Assembly (NCBI GenBank): GCA_965243625.1
Contig: CBDEVI010000002.1
Coordinates: 1,974,525 to 2,038,524, forward strand
Length of the DNA: 64,000 bases
Direction of reading: 5' to 3'
From: Chloroflexota bacterium
Lineage (GTDB): Bacteria; Chloroflexota; UBA11872
The notes under the pieces are model-generated. The model ran no database searches, was not told where the DNA came from, and saw only the letters and a list, made by a program, of their open reading frames with translations. Numbering within the stretch: position 1 is the stretch's first letter; each line of letters starts with the position of its first letter. This document shows, piece by piece, positions 43,593-54,096 of this stretch. A program made the position numbers and the translations under genes.

Positions 43593-45209
43593 GTGAGCTA
43601 CACCCGCCAGGCCCTTCGCGGAGATCTTTTCGGCGGCGTAGCGGCTGCCGTCGTCGGGTTGCCATTTGCGCTGGCCTTTGGCGTGGCGTCGGGACTTGGC
43701 CCAATGGCCGGCCTCTACGGGGCGATCGCCGTGGGGTTCTTCGCGGCGGTGTTTGGGGGCACGCGGTCGCAGATTTCGGGGCCCACCGCCCCGGTTGCCA
43801 TGGCCATGGCGGTGGTCGTCGCCATGCACGCCGACAACATGGCCGAAGCGTTCACCGTGGTCATCATGGCGGGCCTCATCCAGACGCTCCTGGGCGCCAT
43901 TCGCGTGGGTCGCTTCGTGGCCTACGCGCCGTTTTCCGTGATCTCAGGACTCCTGTCCGGCGTGGGCATCATCATCATCCTGGTGCAGACGCTGCCCTTC
44001 GTGGGCGCCCCCGTCGCAATCGGCGGCCCCGTGGAGACGGTGCGTGCGTGGCTGGACGCGCGACACGACGTCAACTACAGCGCGCTGGCGATCGCCGTGG
44101 TCACGTTGGCGGTGGTCGTGGCGTGGCCCAAGCGGTTGCGGACCTATCTCCCGCCGACGCTGGTGGCGCTGCTGGCCGGAACGCTGCTCAGCGCGCTGTG
44201 GCTCAGCGATACGCCCGTCATCGGCGACGTGCCAACGGGCCTGCCGGAGTTGCAGTTGCCCGACGTGTCCGTCGACGCCCTGGCCGGCGCGGTGTTGCCC
44301 GCGCTGATCATCGCCCTGCTGGGAGCGATCGACAGTTTGATGACCTCTCGGGTCGCCGACTCGATGACGCGCACGCGGCACGACCTGAACCGGGAGCTGA
44401 TCGGCCATGGCATCGGCAACATGGCCGTGGGATTCGTCGGCGGGCTTCCGGGCGCCGGAGTGACGCCCGGCACCGTGGCGAATCTCCGCGCGGGGGGACG
44501 CACGCCGGTTTCCGGCGCATTGCGCGCGGCCATCCTGCTGGCGCTGGTCCTGGCCCTGGGGCGATACGTCGAGTTCATCCCCCACGCGGCGCTGGCCGGA
44601 ATCCTGATCAAGATCGGCTGGGACATCATCGATTGGCAGTTCCTCACTCGCATCCACCGCGTGCAGCCCGAGCACCTGCTGGTCATGGCCGTCACGCTGG
44701 GATTGACGCTGGTCCTCGACCTGGTCACCGCCGTGGCCATCGGTCTGATCGCCGCCGCCGTGGCAAGCGCACGCCAATTCGAGCGCCTAGACATGGACAG
44801 CGTCGTTTCGACGCCGCTACCGGAGCAGAGCGCTGGGCCCGGTTCGGATGGCTCGGGCGAGGAGACCTCGTTCGCCGAACGCGTGGGCCTGGTGTCGCTG
44901 ACGGGGAGCTTTTCCGTGATCTCCGCAAGCAAGCTGATCAACACGATCAGCGCCGACATTCGCCAGCACGAGGTCGTGATCCTCGACTTTTCCGACACGG
45001 TCTACATGGACGACAGCGCCGCGCTGGTGCTGGAGCGGCTGATCGATGTGGCGATTGCCGAAGACACCACGTGTGTGGTGTTGGGTCTCGGAGGTCGGGC
45101 CGCCATCACCCTGCACGCGCTCAACGTGCTGCGGCGCATTCCCGCGGACCGCTTTGTGGCCACCCTGGATGACGCGCAGGCGACGGCAAGGCGTTTGCTG
45201 GAGAGCTAA
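43593..45209 (+). CDS. SulP family anion transporter with C-terminal STAS domain (BicA/DauA-like; sulfate/bicarbonate permease)
   Basis: GTG start. LFGGVAAAVVGLPFALAFGVASGLGP (SulP N-terminal signature), polytopic core. The C-terminal STAS domain (VVILDFSDTVYMDDSAALVLERL) is anti-sigma-antagonist-like. Confidence 0.85.
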   Translation: MSYTRQALRGDLFGGVAAAVVGLPFALAFGVASGLGPMAGLYGAIAVGFFAAVFGGTRSQISGPTAPVAMAMAVVVAMHADNMAEAFTVVIMAGLIQTLLGAIRVGRFVAYAPFSVISGLLSGVGIIIILVQTLPFVGAPVAIGGPVETVRAWLDARHDVNYSALAIAVVTLAVVVAWPKRLRTYLPPTLVALLAGTLLSALWLSDTPVIGDVPTGLPELQLPDVSVDALAGAVLPALIIALLGAIDSLMTSRVADSMTRTRHDLNRELIGHGIGNMAVGFVGGLPGAGVTPGTVANLRAGGRTPVSGALRAAILLALVLALGRYVEFIPHAALAGILIKIGWDIIDWQFLTRIHRVQPEHLLVMAVTLGLTLVLDLVTAVAIGLIAAAVASARQFERLDMDSVVSTPLPEQSAGPGSDGSGEETSFAERVGLVSLTGSFSVISASKLINTISADIRQHEVVILDFSDTVYMDDSAALVLERLIDVAIAEDTTCVVLGLGGRAAITLHALNVLRRIPADRFVATLDDAQATARRLLES

Positions 45210-45266
45210 CCCAGCGGCAGGAACCACCCCGGCTGTTCGGTCACGTCTGGAGATGCAGTGGGGGCA

Positions 45267-48146
45267 TCACCGATCTGTCGGGCGTCGGCCTACTCGCCGA
45301 AGCATCGAGCGGCAACGGGAGCGGTCGACACCGTTCACCACCAGGCTCGCTGCCACACCTCCAGCGGTGACGGCGGCGATGGCGATGCCCAGGTCATACC
45401 AGCGCTGGGGCGCGTATTCGAAGGTGATCGCGGAGTCTTCGGCAACCGGCAGGAAATAGCCGTTCCAGAGGCCGTCCGCGAGCAGCGGGGCGAAGGCTTG
45501 GCCGTCCACCCAGGCCAGCCAGGTGGGGTCGTAGGCGCGGCGGAGGACGATGAAGGCCCAGCCGCCGGCGCCGCGCGCGGTGGCTTCGATCCGGGTGAGC
45601 TCACGCGTCGAGACTTCAAGACGCGGCTGGACCAGCGCGGGCGAGGTCTGATCCGCAATCGGGCGCCATGCGATGGGCGCCAGGGCCAGGGTGCTCACGG
45701 CTTCGAGCCCGGGTCCGGCGATGACGCTGACGTCTCCATCCGCCGCGGCCCCGACCCGCATCCACCGCCAGCCGGTCGCCGGAGTCGTGGTGGTGAGCCG
45801 CGCGCTGGAGTTGGCGGTCGCAACGTCGATCCAGGTCGAGCGAGGGCTGGTGAAGACACGCAGCCAGACGGCGCGGTCGCGGTGGTCGGGGACGGGAATC
45901 CGCAGCGCCGCACGCTCGCCTCCCGGCGTGGCGAACGCCAGCCCCAGGCCGTAGTCCGATGCCCAGTCGTGGAGGTCCTCCCGCCCAAGGCGCTTGAGCC
46001 AGGACTGCCGCTCATCCGCGTATGCCCCGCCGCGGGTCCAGCCGTCCTTCGACCCGTGGAAGCCAAACCAGCCGGTGACGGGCATCAGCTCGACGTTTTC
46101 GGCGACGCCGAAGATTGCGTCGGTGGTTGCCTGCGCCGGGGAGGGCGAGTCGGGCAGCGACGGACGCACCCGGTGGTTGGCCAGGACGCGCGTGACGCCG
46201 GCAGGGGCGGCAACGTCGAGCGTGTCGCTCCAGACCGCGTTGGTGGCTTCGAGCAGCGGCGCGGCGGCGCCAAGTTCGAACGCCATGGCGTTGGGGCCGG
46301 ACGCCAGAACGGCAGCGTCGGGCAGCGCGGCGAGGGCCGCGGCCAACTCGTCACCTGCCGGCTGATCGCGGATTAGCACCACGTGGCTAAAGCCCCCGCG
46401 TTGGACGGCGGCAAGCGCCTCGGCAGGCTCGACGCCGTAGATGTATTCGATCCATCGACCGGGGATGGACGACGGCGGCGCCGGCGAGCGCGTGTCGCCG
46501 GTGAGGGATGGGTTCGCCAGGCTCGCCGCCTCCATCAGGCGCAAGGTGCGCGCCGGGTCCCAGGGCGCGGGCCGGTTGTCGGAGGACACGACCAGGATTC
46601 GACCCTCCGGCCCGGCGGCCGCGTCCGCCACCCGCAACACGTCGCGATAGTCCGCCGGCAACGGCCGGGGGACGTAGCCGGGTTGATCGGTGCTCCAAAG
46701 GAGCGGCACGGCAGGCGCGGCATGGACGCCAAGCGCGAGAACGATATAGCCGACGAGCAGTGCGGGCGCGAGCGCGCTTCGCGTCCACCCGCCGGCCTCA
46801 ATCCGGCTGAGAAGATCGGCGGTCACGAATCCGGCGCCAAAGGCCTGCGCCATGATGAGCAGTCCGACCACCCGGTCCGGTTCACGAAATACCCACAGGC
46901 CGGGAACGGTATTCACGGCTGCCTGATACGTGTCGGCCGTGAGCGTCGAGTTCGACGCGGCCGCGACCAAGGCCGCGGCATACCCCCCAACGGCCAGATA
47001 GAGCGCCGGCGGTCCCCAACGGCGTAGGACAACTGCCGCCAGGGGCAGCGCCGCCACCGCCCAGCCGGCGAACTCCCAGGGCAGCCGGCTGGCGCCGGCG
47101 GGAACCAAGAGCTCATGCCAGTTGGCGTTGGCGGCTCCCAGGAGCGTGGTCGGCAGGTCCTGGTGATGCGCGAGCACCGTGCGGGTTTGGTCCATGAGGG
47201 TGTAGGCCGGATCGGGGCTGCCCCCGAAGAGCTTGACGGCCACATACGGCGCGATCTGATAGGCCAACAGCGGGACGACTGCCGCCGACCACACGAGGCC
47301 GTCGGTCAGCGCCCGGCGGCGCTTGACGGGGCACTGCACCATGGTGCCGATGACCCACGCGGCAATCATGAACGTGGTGAAGACCAGGTAGTGGGGCTGC
47401 GCCGCGCCCAAGACCGCGAAGACGAGGGCGGATGCAACCGTCCAGCGTCGTTGCGCGGTTCGGGTGCCCTCAAGATAGAGCCCCAACACGAGCGGCGCCG
47501 CCGCCCATTGAGCCAGCAGCCAGCTGTGCTCCAGACGCGCGATCGTCCAGGGATTGACCACCAATGCCACCGCCGCGACCATGGCTCCCGTGGCTGCGCA
47601 GGTGCGAGGAATCTCAGTGCGCCAGCGGGCGAACAAGGCAAAGGCCGCAAAGGCGCTGACGTATCCGACGCCCGCGATCCACAGCACGATCAGGCGCGCA
47701 TACGTCGGGCCGTCCAGGCCAAGCGCTTTGGCGACGCCGACGAGCGCGAGCGTGACCGGCAGCCGGCCAGCACCCGCGATGCTCAGCGTCTCGCGCGGCG
47801 ACCACAGGGGATAGACGCTGTGCTCGATTACGCGATCCAGGAAAAGCGAGGGATAGAGGTCACGCTGCTGCAGGTCGCCGGGGGTCGTGATGACGGCCCA
47901 GAAGACGGCCACCACAATCAGCGCGCCGGCGCCGAACGCCAGCGCCCAGGGGCTGGCCAGCCGCCCGGCAAGCCGCCAGAGAGCCGGCAGCGACAAACGG
48001 CTGCCACCTGGGCGGCGGGTCACTGCCGATGATGTTGCAGCGATTTGGGGTGGCACGGGGTGTGCTGGCGGCCTTGAGTGTAGTCGCGGCCGTGGCGGCC
48101 GCCCTGGCGCTGGGAGGCGCGGAACGCCAGTGGCCGGCGTTCCCAA
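45267..48146 (-). CDS. large polytopic membrane protein, probable GT-C-fold glycosyltransferase/polymerase (paralog of 51829-53904 and 61341-64000)
   Basis: At least 12 N-terminal TM helices followed by a large soluble C-terminal domain. The Pro/Arg-rich N-terminal 50 aa is doubtful; a start near 47996 would remove the overlap with 48029-48778. Confidence 0.55.
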   Translation of the reverse strand: MGTPATGVPRLPAPGRPPRPRLHSRPPAHPVPPQIAATSSAVTRRPGGSRLSLPALWRLAGRLASPWALAFGAGALIVVAVFWAVITTPGDLQQRDLYPSLFLDRVIEHSVYPLWSPRETLSIAGAGRLPVTLALVGVAKALGLDGPTYARLIVLWIAGVGYVSAFAAFALFARWRTEIPRTCAATGAMVAAVALVVNPWTIARLEHSWLLAQWAAAPLVLGLYLEGTRTAQRRWTVASALVFAVLGAAQPHYLVFTTFMIAAWVIGTMVQCPVKRRRALTDGLVWSAAVVPLLAYQIAPYVAVKLFGGSPDPAYTLMDQTRTVLAHHQDLPTTLLGAANANWHELLVPAGASRLPWEFAGWAVAALPLAAVVLRRWGPPALYLAVGGYAAALVAAASNSTLTADTYQAAVNTVPGLWVFREPDRVVGLLIMAQAFGAGFVTADLLSRIEAGGWTRSALAPALLVGYIVLALGVHAAPAVPLLWSTDQPGYVPRPLPADYRDVLRVADAAAGPEGRILVVSSDNRPAPWDPARTLRLMEAASLANPSLTGDTRSPAPPSSIPGRWIEYIYGVEPAEALAAVQRGGFSHVVLIRDQPAGDELAAALAALPDAAVLASGPNAMAFELGAAAPLLEATNAVWSDTLDVAAPAGVTRVLANHRVRPSLPDSPSPAQATTDAIFGVAENVELMPVTGWFGFHGSKDGWTRGGAYADERQSWLKRLGREDLHDWASDYGLGLAFATPGGERAALRIPVPDHRDRAVWLRVFTSPRSTWIDVATANSSARLTTTTPATGWRWMRVGAAADGDVSVIAGPGLEAVSTLALAPIAWRPIADQTSPALVQPRLEVSTRELTRIEATARGAGGWAFIVLRRAYDPTWLAWVDGQAFAPLLADGLWNGYFLPVAEDSAITFEYAPQRWYDLGIAIAAVTAGGVAASLVVNGVDRSRCRSMLRRVGRRPTDR

Positions 48147-48778
48147 GCTACGCGTTCAATCTGAACTTCGGGCCCGCCTTTGCCGGCGGCAGCCTGGAGC
48201 AGACGTTCGCCGCTCCGGCCACGCCGCTTCTCCGCATCGAGCTGCGCGCGGTCAGTCCCTGGCCCGAGACCGTCATGGTTCGGGTGCGCGATGTCGGCAA
48301 TCCGGCGGCGGTGGTGCTGGTCGAGTCCTCCGTTGGGATTGCCGCCGACGGCGCGATACGTCTCGACCTTCCGGGGACGGTGGATACGAGCGAACGGTTC
48401 CTGCAAGTCCAAGTCGTCAATCCGCCCGAGTCACTCACGCCCTTAGCGCTCCAGGCCAATCACACCGATCCCTATGGCGGCGGACAAGCCGCCATCGGCA
48501 GAGACCCCGGCACGGGATCGGTTGACCTGGTGCTACAGACCTGGCGGCGTGTCACGCCAACGGCGCTTGCGCTGGAGGTGCTACGCGCAAACGCGCTAGG
48601 CGCCCTCTTCGCGCTGACGTCCCTCGTGGCAGTCGCTGGTCTGGCGCTGGCCTGGGGCTGGCCTCGCATTGCCGACCGATCACGATCGGTGGCGGCGGCA
48701 GCCACCTTGCTGGGCTTCGCGGTGGGACTTGGGCTGCTGCGTATCGGCTTTGAAGTTCTTGCGCCCTGGGTGACCTGA
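48029..48778 (+). CDS. hypothetical membrane protein (TM, soluble beta-rich domain, C-terminal TMs)
   Basis: Architecture paralogous to 51110-51832 and 60226-61338. Confidence 0.4.
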   Translation: MMLQRFGVARGVLAALSVVAAVAAALALGGAERQWPAFPSYAFNLNFGPAFAGGSLEQTFAAPATPLLRIELRAVSPWPETVMVRVRDVGNPAAVVLVESSVGIAADGAIRLDLPGTVDTSERFLQVQVVNPPESLTPLALQANHTDPYGGGQAAIGRDPGTGSVDLVLQTWRRVTPTALALEVLRANALGALFALTSLVAVAGLALAWGWPRIADRSRSVAAAATLLGFAVGLGLLRIGFEVLAPWVT

Positions 48779-48783
48779 CGGCG

Positions 48784-49854
48784 CTAGCCGCCCCACTCGG
48801 CGCGGCTGTGCGGTCGCGCCGCCCCCAGGAGGCGTCGCAGCGTCACCGTGCCGTAGACGACGAGCGTGATCCAGCACGCGGGCAGGTGATAGAGCCAGGC
48901 GCGATCGCGCCGACGCATCCAGCCAATCGCCGCCTGGACCAGCAAGGGCGCTACGGTCAGCGTGGCGGCGGCGAATAGCATGGCGCCGCGCCACGGCGGG
49001 GCGGTCGGCCCCGTCCGCATGCCGGCCGCGCTGAAGTAGAGAAAATCCTGCGCTCGGCGCGTTTGCTTGCGGGCGAACTGTCGGAGGGATTGGGCGTAGT
49101 GGTGCGCGATGCCATGGTGGAGTTTGGCGACATGGACGAACGATCCGGAAGTGCCTGTGTGAAGGATGTCGACATCGAAGAGATAGCCGTCGCGCACGGC
49201 GGCGGCGGCAACCGACCGCCGGGTGAAGAATCCGTTGGCCCCCACCGTCGGTAGTCGCTCGCGACGGAACCGAACCTTGCGGTAGGTGGGGGTCTCCTCG
49301 TAGATCTCGTGATCCACGCCGGTCCACTTGCCCGTGACGAGGCATTCGCGGTCGTAAGTCCCGAGAAAGAGAACGAAGGGATCGTTCATGCCGAGCAGCG
49401 CGAAATAGCGATCGAGCGCGGGCATCGTTTCCAGGGCGGTGAACTGGATCGGCTCGGCGCCCGCGATCTGAGGATCGCCCAAAGCGTCGACGACGGTCTC
49501 CAGGGTGTCCGGCGACGTCAGCTCGTTGTCCGAGTCGACAAAGCCCACGATTTCGTGGGACGCGCGCGCCAGACCGGCGGCCTTGCCGGCTTCACCCGTG
49601 ACCAGTGGGTTTTCGACCACCGTGCAGCCCCACGACTCGGCAACGCGCCGCGTCGTATCGGTTGAGCCGCCGTCGGCGACGATGATCTCCAGCCGATCCG
49701 CGGGATATCGCTGGGCGCGAATCGACCGGAGCGCAATTTCAAGACTCCGCGCGCAGTTGAGCGTGGGGATGACGATCGAGATTCCGGGGACATCCGCCAT
49801 GGCCGCAGTATGCCGAAGCTCCCGCTGTGCGAGTCGACCGGCTACCGGAACCAC
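48784..49854 (-). CDS. family 2 glycosyltransferase (GT-A fold)
   Basis: ISIVIPTLNCARSL...EIIVADGGSTDTT...GFVDSDN (DxD). Confidence 0.8.
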   Translation of the reverse strand: MVPVAGRLAQRELRHTAAMADVPGISIVIPTLNCARSLEIALRSIRAQRYPADRLEIIVADGGSTDTTRRVAESWGCTVVENPLVTGEAGKAAGLARASHEIVGFVDSDNELTSPDTLETVVDALGDPQIAGAEPIQFTALETMPALDRYFALLGMNDPFVLFLGTYDRECLVTGKWTGVDHEIYEETPTYRKVRFRRERLPTVGANGFFTRRSVAAAAVRDGYLFDVDILHTGTSGSFVHVAKLHHGIAHHYAQSLRQFARKQTRRAQDFLYFSAAGMRTGPTAPPWRGAMLFAAATLTVAPLLVQAAIGWMRRRDRAWLYHLPACWITLVVYGTVTLRRLLGAARPHSRAEWGG

Positions 49855-49880
49855 GTCGCGGAATCCGGGCGTGAGGACTC

Positions 49881-51113
49881 CTAGGCGTCGTTGCCGGACG
49901 CACCGCCGGTGCCGAGGTCGAATCCATATTGCTGGACGATCACGTCCACGTTTCGCTCGGAGAATCGGCGCTCAGCCGCGGCGCGTGCCCGCGCGCGGAG
50001 CGCGGTCAGACCGGGGCGATCAGCCAGCATGTCCTGCAGTCCGGCCATGAACGCCTCGGCGCACGGCTCAACGAGCCGCCCGATCTCGGGAGTCACGGCT
50101 TCTCGCAGACCACCGAGATTGCTCGCGACGATTGGCGTTCCAGTCGCGCTGCCCTCGAGCACCACGATCCCCGCCGCCTCCTCGTACTGCGACGGCACCA
50201 GCAGCAGGTCAGCCGCGGCGTACATCGTCGCGATGGTGTCGAGGCGTTCGGCCGGCGGGCCGGCAGGATCCTGCATGAGCGTCAAGTTTGGCGACGCCGT
50301 TGAAGCCTCCGCGACTTCGGCTCCCATGTCACCTTCGGCGCCCAGCATCCGGAATTGCACGTTGGGCAGCCGCCGCGCGAGATCGAGAACGATGCCCACA
50401 CCCTTCTTGCGCAACAGTCGACCAACAAAGAGGCAGGTGGGCGCCGACTCCGGCCACCCGAGCTTGGCGCGAGCTTCGTCCTGGCGGCGCGGCCGAAAAA
50501 CCTCGAGGTCGACCCAGTGCTGGTGGGCGGTGACGCGTGCCGGATCCAGGCCGATGGCGAGAAGCTCCTGCCGGGACGCCTCGCTCACGGTCAACACCCG
50601 ATCGGCGCGCCCGAGCAGGGAACGCACGGCTTGCGCCAGCACCCGGCGTTGCCGCAGCTCGTAGATCGCATGCATGCTGACGACGATCGGCTGTCGCGCA
50701 CCGGTCCAGCGCATGCCCAAGGCGGCCACGGCGGCGGACAGCCCGTGCGCGTGAATGACGTCAAAGCCGTCGCTATGACGTATCCGGTGTCGAATGGCGC
50801 CCGCCAGCAGGCCGGGAACCAGGTAGGCGAACACCAGCGGCGCGTAAGGTTCGATGCGCGGATGCCATCCGCGCCCAAACCACGGAATGCGAATGACTTC
50901 GCCGTTCGGGAGCGGCTCGCGCGACGGGGCCTTCACCGGAGCGACCAGCGGTTGGTGCGTGAGGAGCGTGACGCGGGTGTTTCGCCGCGCGAGTGCGGCG
51001 ATGAGCGCGTCGATGTGCGTCTCGACGCCGCCACGATTGGGCGAGGCGAATGGTGACAGCATGAGCACACGCCGACGGTCGCGGGAGTGGGCGTCGCGCG
51101 CAGCCGGCGTCAT
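49881..51113 (-). CDS. family 4 glycosyltransferase (GT-B, GT1/GT4)
   Basis: N-terminal LMLSPFASPNRGGVETHIDAL and C-terminal EAAGIVVLEGSATGTPIVAS (E-x7-E-like sugar-donor motif). Confidence 0.8.
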   Translation of the reverse strand: MTPAARDAHSRDRRRVLMLSPFASPNRGGVETHIDALIAALARRNTRVTLLTHQPLVAPVKAPSREPLPNGEVIRIPWFGRGWHPRIEPYAPLVFAYLVPGLLAGAIRHRIRHSDGFDVIHAHGLSAAVAALGMRWTGARQPIVVSMHAIYELRQRRVLAQAVRSLLGRADRVLTVSEASRQELLAIGLDPARVTAHQHWVDLEVFRPRRQDEARAKLGWPESAPTCLFVGRLLRKKGVGIVLDLARRLPNVQFRMLGAEGDMGAEVAEASTASPNLTLMQDPAGPPAERLDTIATMYAAADLLLVPSQYEEAAGIVVLEGSATGTPIVASNLGGLREAVTPEIGRLVEPCAEAFMAGLQDMLADRPGLTALRARARAAAERRFSERNVDVIVQQYGFDLGTGGASGNDA

Positions 51114-51832
51114 GTGATTGCGGCCGGCCCATGGAGCAGGCCGAAGACGACGGCCGTCGCCATGCCACTTCCCACCGCCACGGCTGCCGAGCCTCCGAAG
51201 CGCCGGCGATGCAGCGAGGACTGCGCGGCGCTTCCCATCACCATGCCCACCAGCAGGGCAACGGCGCCTCCGACCCCCAGGTAGAGCGGCGACTCGGTGG
51301 CCTGCACTCGCAGTCGTGTGAGCGCGCCTGCGTGCCCGGATACTGAAAAGGCCAGATCGATGTCTATCGGCGACTGGCCGAGCCGGTCGACGAGCTGCCC
51401 ACCCGCGTACACATCGTTCCCCGTCGCCCCAACATAGAGTTCCGCCGGAGAGTCTTCGAGCGCGACGACCCGAATGGCAAGCGGTCCGGCCGGCAAGTCT
51501 ACCGAGGCGATCGCGATTGAGATTTCCTGGAGTTCAGCGCCGGGTGGCGCCTCGAAGCGAGCCGAGCGGAGCGGCTGGCCATCCTCGGCGCGCAGGAGGT
51601 GAACGTTCGCGTCGGCTGCCGGACCACCTTCACTCCGCGCCCAGATCGTCACGGTGTCTATGGGACCGCCGGCGAAGGCGACCGACTGCGTGATCGAGCC
51701 AACGAGCGGTCCGAGCCCAAAGCTCGGCGCCACGGGATTCTTGGCGGTAATCAGCGGCTTCCATCCCAGGCCGACCGCGACCCCGAGCATCAACGCCAGC
51801 ACCGTCGCGAGGAGCCAGACGGCGACCCTCAT
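51110..51832 (-). CDS. hypothetical membrane protein, directly downstream of a GT-C-like gene
   Basis: TM, soluble domain, C-terminal TMs. ATG at 51832 abuts the stop of 51829-53904. Confidence 0.45.
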   Translation of the reverse strand: MRVAVWLLATVLALMLGVAVGLGWKPLITAKNPVAPSFGLGPLVGSITQSVAFAGGPIDTVTIWARSEGGPAADANVHLLRAEDGQPLRSARFEAPPGAELQEISIAIASVDLPAGPLAIRVVALEDSPAELYVGATGNDVYAGGQLVDRLGQSPIDIDLAFSVSGHAGALTRLRVQATESPLYLGVGGAVALLVGMVMGSAAQSSLHRRRFGGSAAVAVGSGMATAVVFGLLHGPAAIT

Positions 51833-53904
51833 GGACGCCGACCACCCGGCCGCGGCCGATGCGGCCACAGCGTCCATGCGCCCCACGCGAAGAGCCCCGC
51901 CCACGCTAGGGCGTGGCCCGCCAGGAACGCCTGGTGCAAGCGATATTCAAGGACCAGAGGGCCTGCGGCGCCGGCCGCCGTGCGCACGCGCAGCAGGTCA
52001 CGCGCCGACGGTTCAACGGTCGCGGCATGGCCCGGCACGTCAGCGGTCCAGAGTGGATCCCAGTGTTCCTGGGTGAAGATGTCGCGCGCATGCTCCCCGG
52101 CTGGCGGCAGGTCGATGACAAGGCGATGCATGCCCTCGCGCCTCCACGGTAGCTCAATCGGTCCACGAGGACTTGCCACGTAGACCCACGGATACGCCGG
52201 CTCGACCGTGCGAAACAGCTCGTAGTAGTCCGCGGTCAGCACAAGCGCCAGACCGTCGGTCCGGCGCAGAGCCTGGGCAAGCTCCCGACCGCGGAGAGTG
52301 GCCGTTGGCACGAGCACCCGGGACACGCCGTGGGCGCGGAGGGTGTCGGTGAGGTCGGGCGGGCCAGCCTCGAGCAGCGACACGAGACGGTCGCCGACCA
52401 GCGAGTCTTCCGTCGCGTAGGGCGTGGTGACGGAAAGAATCTCGACCGCGTGGAGGACGCGGTGTTGCTCCGACCATTCGGGAAAGCGCATCGGCCACGC
52501 CGCCAACAGCGTGCGCGATGCCCCGGCGGCGTTCTGTCGGTCAATCTCCGCCGGCACTGTGCGCAACGACGCCGGGAACCGCTCCGGAACGAGGCTCAGC
52601 GACTGATCGTCCCAGAGCATGCGATGGACTCCGGGCACCATGAACGCCGCCAGCGCGATCCCAAGGACGGCAGTCTGGATCGTTGCAGTCACGGGGAGAC
52701 GGCGGGGAGCGCATCGAACAAATGTCGCTGGAGCGAGGGCTAGTCCGGGCAGATAGGCCAGGGCCAGCGCGCCGGAGAGCTTGTCCGGTTCTCTGAGCGC
52801 CCAGCCGAGCGGGGCATTCGCGGCGACGGTCAGATAGCCCGGACGCAGCGCTTCGTGCCAACTGGCAATTTGAATGAGCGCCGTCACTCCGCCAACGACG
52901 GCGGCGTATCCGAGCACTCGGCGTTGCCCGGGCTGTCGCCAGAACACCATGGCCAGCACGGCCGCGGGAATCAGGGCTGCCATGCGCCACCCCGGCAAGG
53001 CGGTGGTGTCGGGCTTGAGGCCGGCGCCGAAGAAGGTGTGCCCCGTCAGCGTGAGGGTGTCGATGACGGTCTGGCCGCTCTCGAGCACCGGCTGGACATC
53101 GGTTCCTTCGGCGTATCTGGGGCCGGTGGGCGAACCGGCGGCTGCCGTGACCAGGAGCGGGACGAGGATGAAGGCGGCAAATACGGCAAAGCCGCCGAGG
53201 AACGTCAAGGCGGCGGCGCCGATCGGGAGGCGGGGGCCGCGACTGGTGACGGCAGCGTAGGCGAACCATCCGAGGCCCACGAGCAGGCCAATCGTCATGA
53301 AGTGCGGCGAGGTGGAGACGGCAAAGGCCAGCGCGGCGGCCGCCGCCAGCGCCCGGTGGGCGCGGGAGCGCCCGGTGGGCGCGCGCGTCGCCACCACGAC
53401 GAGGCCGAGCACGAGCGGGAGGAGCACGGCGCTCACGTGCACCCCCAGCTGCTCCCATCGCGCCAGCGCCCAGGGGTTGAGTGCCCAAAACAGTCCCGCC
53501 AGCATCAGACCGAGGCGTATCGCAACCGGATGCGCGACTCGGACTTCCGGCCCCGCCATCAGTCGTGCCCCCAGATATCCGGCGAGAAACCCGAGGAGGT
53601 GCCAACTCAGCCAGTGGAACTTGCCCGCCGCCTCCGTGGTCAAATCAAACGCCTGAATGAGCAAGCCCCAGGGAACGTAGGAGTACGTGCGCATGACATT
53701 GACGAGCCCGGTGCCGTATGAGGTGTCCCAGGCGCTGGTGAACCGACGGGTCCAGAACTCGTTGGCGAACGGATAGCCGAGATCGCCCTGAATAATCTCG
53801 CCCGGCGTCGCGACGACCCGCCAGCCCGCGACCAGCGTGAGCAGCAGCCCGAGCACAATCCAGGCCGAATCACGGGCCAGCAGCCGGGCGATACGAGTGG
53901 TCAT
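51829..53904 (-). CDS. large polytopic membrane protein, probable GT-C-fold glycosyltransferase
   Basis: 691 aa with at least 11 TM helices and a C-terminal soluble domain. Paralog of 45267-48146. Confidence 0.55.
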   Translation of the reverse strand: MTTRIARLLARDSAWIVLGLLLTLVAGWRVVATPGEIIQGDLGYPFANEFWTRRFTSAWDTSYGTGLVNVMRTYSYVPWGLLIQAFDLTTEAAGKFHWLSWHLLGFLAGYLGARLMAGPEVRVAHPVAIRLGLMLAGLFWALNPWALARWEQLGVHVSAVLLPLVLGLVVVATRAPTGRSRAHRALAAAAALAFAVSTSPHFMTIGLLVGLGWFAYAAVTSRGPRLPIGAAALTFLGGFAVFAAFILVPLLVTAAAGSPTGPRYAEGTDVQPVLESGQTVIDTLTLTGHTFFGAGLKPDTTALPGWRMAALIPAAVLAMVFWRQPGQRRVLGYAAVVGGVTALIQIASWHEALRPGYLTVAANAPLGWALREPDKLSGALALAYLPGLALAPATFVRCAPRRLPVTATIQTAVLGIALAAFMVPGVHRMLWDDQSLSLVPERFPASLRTVPAEIDRQNAAGASRTLLAAWPMRFPEWSEQHRVLHAVEILSVTTPYATEDSLVGDRLVSLLEAGPPDLTDTLRAHGVSRVLVPTATLRGRELAQALRRTDGLALVLTADYYELFRTVEPAYPWVYVASPRGPIELPWRREGMHRLVIDLPPAGEHARDIFTQEHWDPLWTADVPGHAATVEPSARDLLRVRTAAGAAGPLVLEYRLHQAFLAGHALAWAGLFAWGAWTLWPHRPRPGGRRP

Positions 53905-54096
53905 TGAGACGGCTTCAGCTGGTCAGCGAAGACACGCGCCGGCGGCAGTGAGAGGCTACGTGCGTTGAGTACTATTCCGACCACCAACCCGTCAGGGATC
54001 CAGCGCGCTCACCGGCAACAAATGCACCGTCAGGCACCTTACCTTGTGGGTTGGCTGCAGCGATGATCCCGCGTCGGCCGCGCCCAGGGCTCGCGC

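Noticed and set aside
44048-45172. 374-aa plus-strand alternate-frame ORF and minus-strand ORFs 43944-44777 and 44144-44998
   Set aside because: Inside the SulP permease gene, which has a coherent polytopic and STAS architecture in its own frame.
45258-48032. Plus-strand ORFs 45258-46376, 46383-47027, 47115-48032 and 47887-48525
   Set aside because: Antisense to the 959-aa GT-C-like membrane protein. Arg/Gly-rich.
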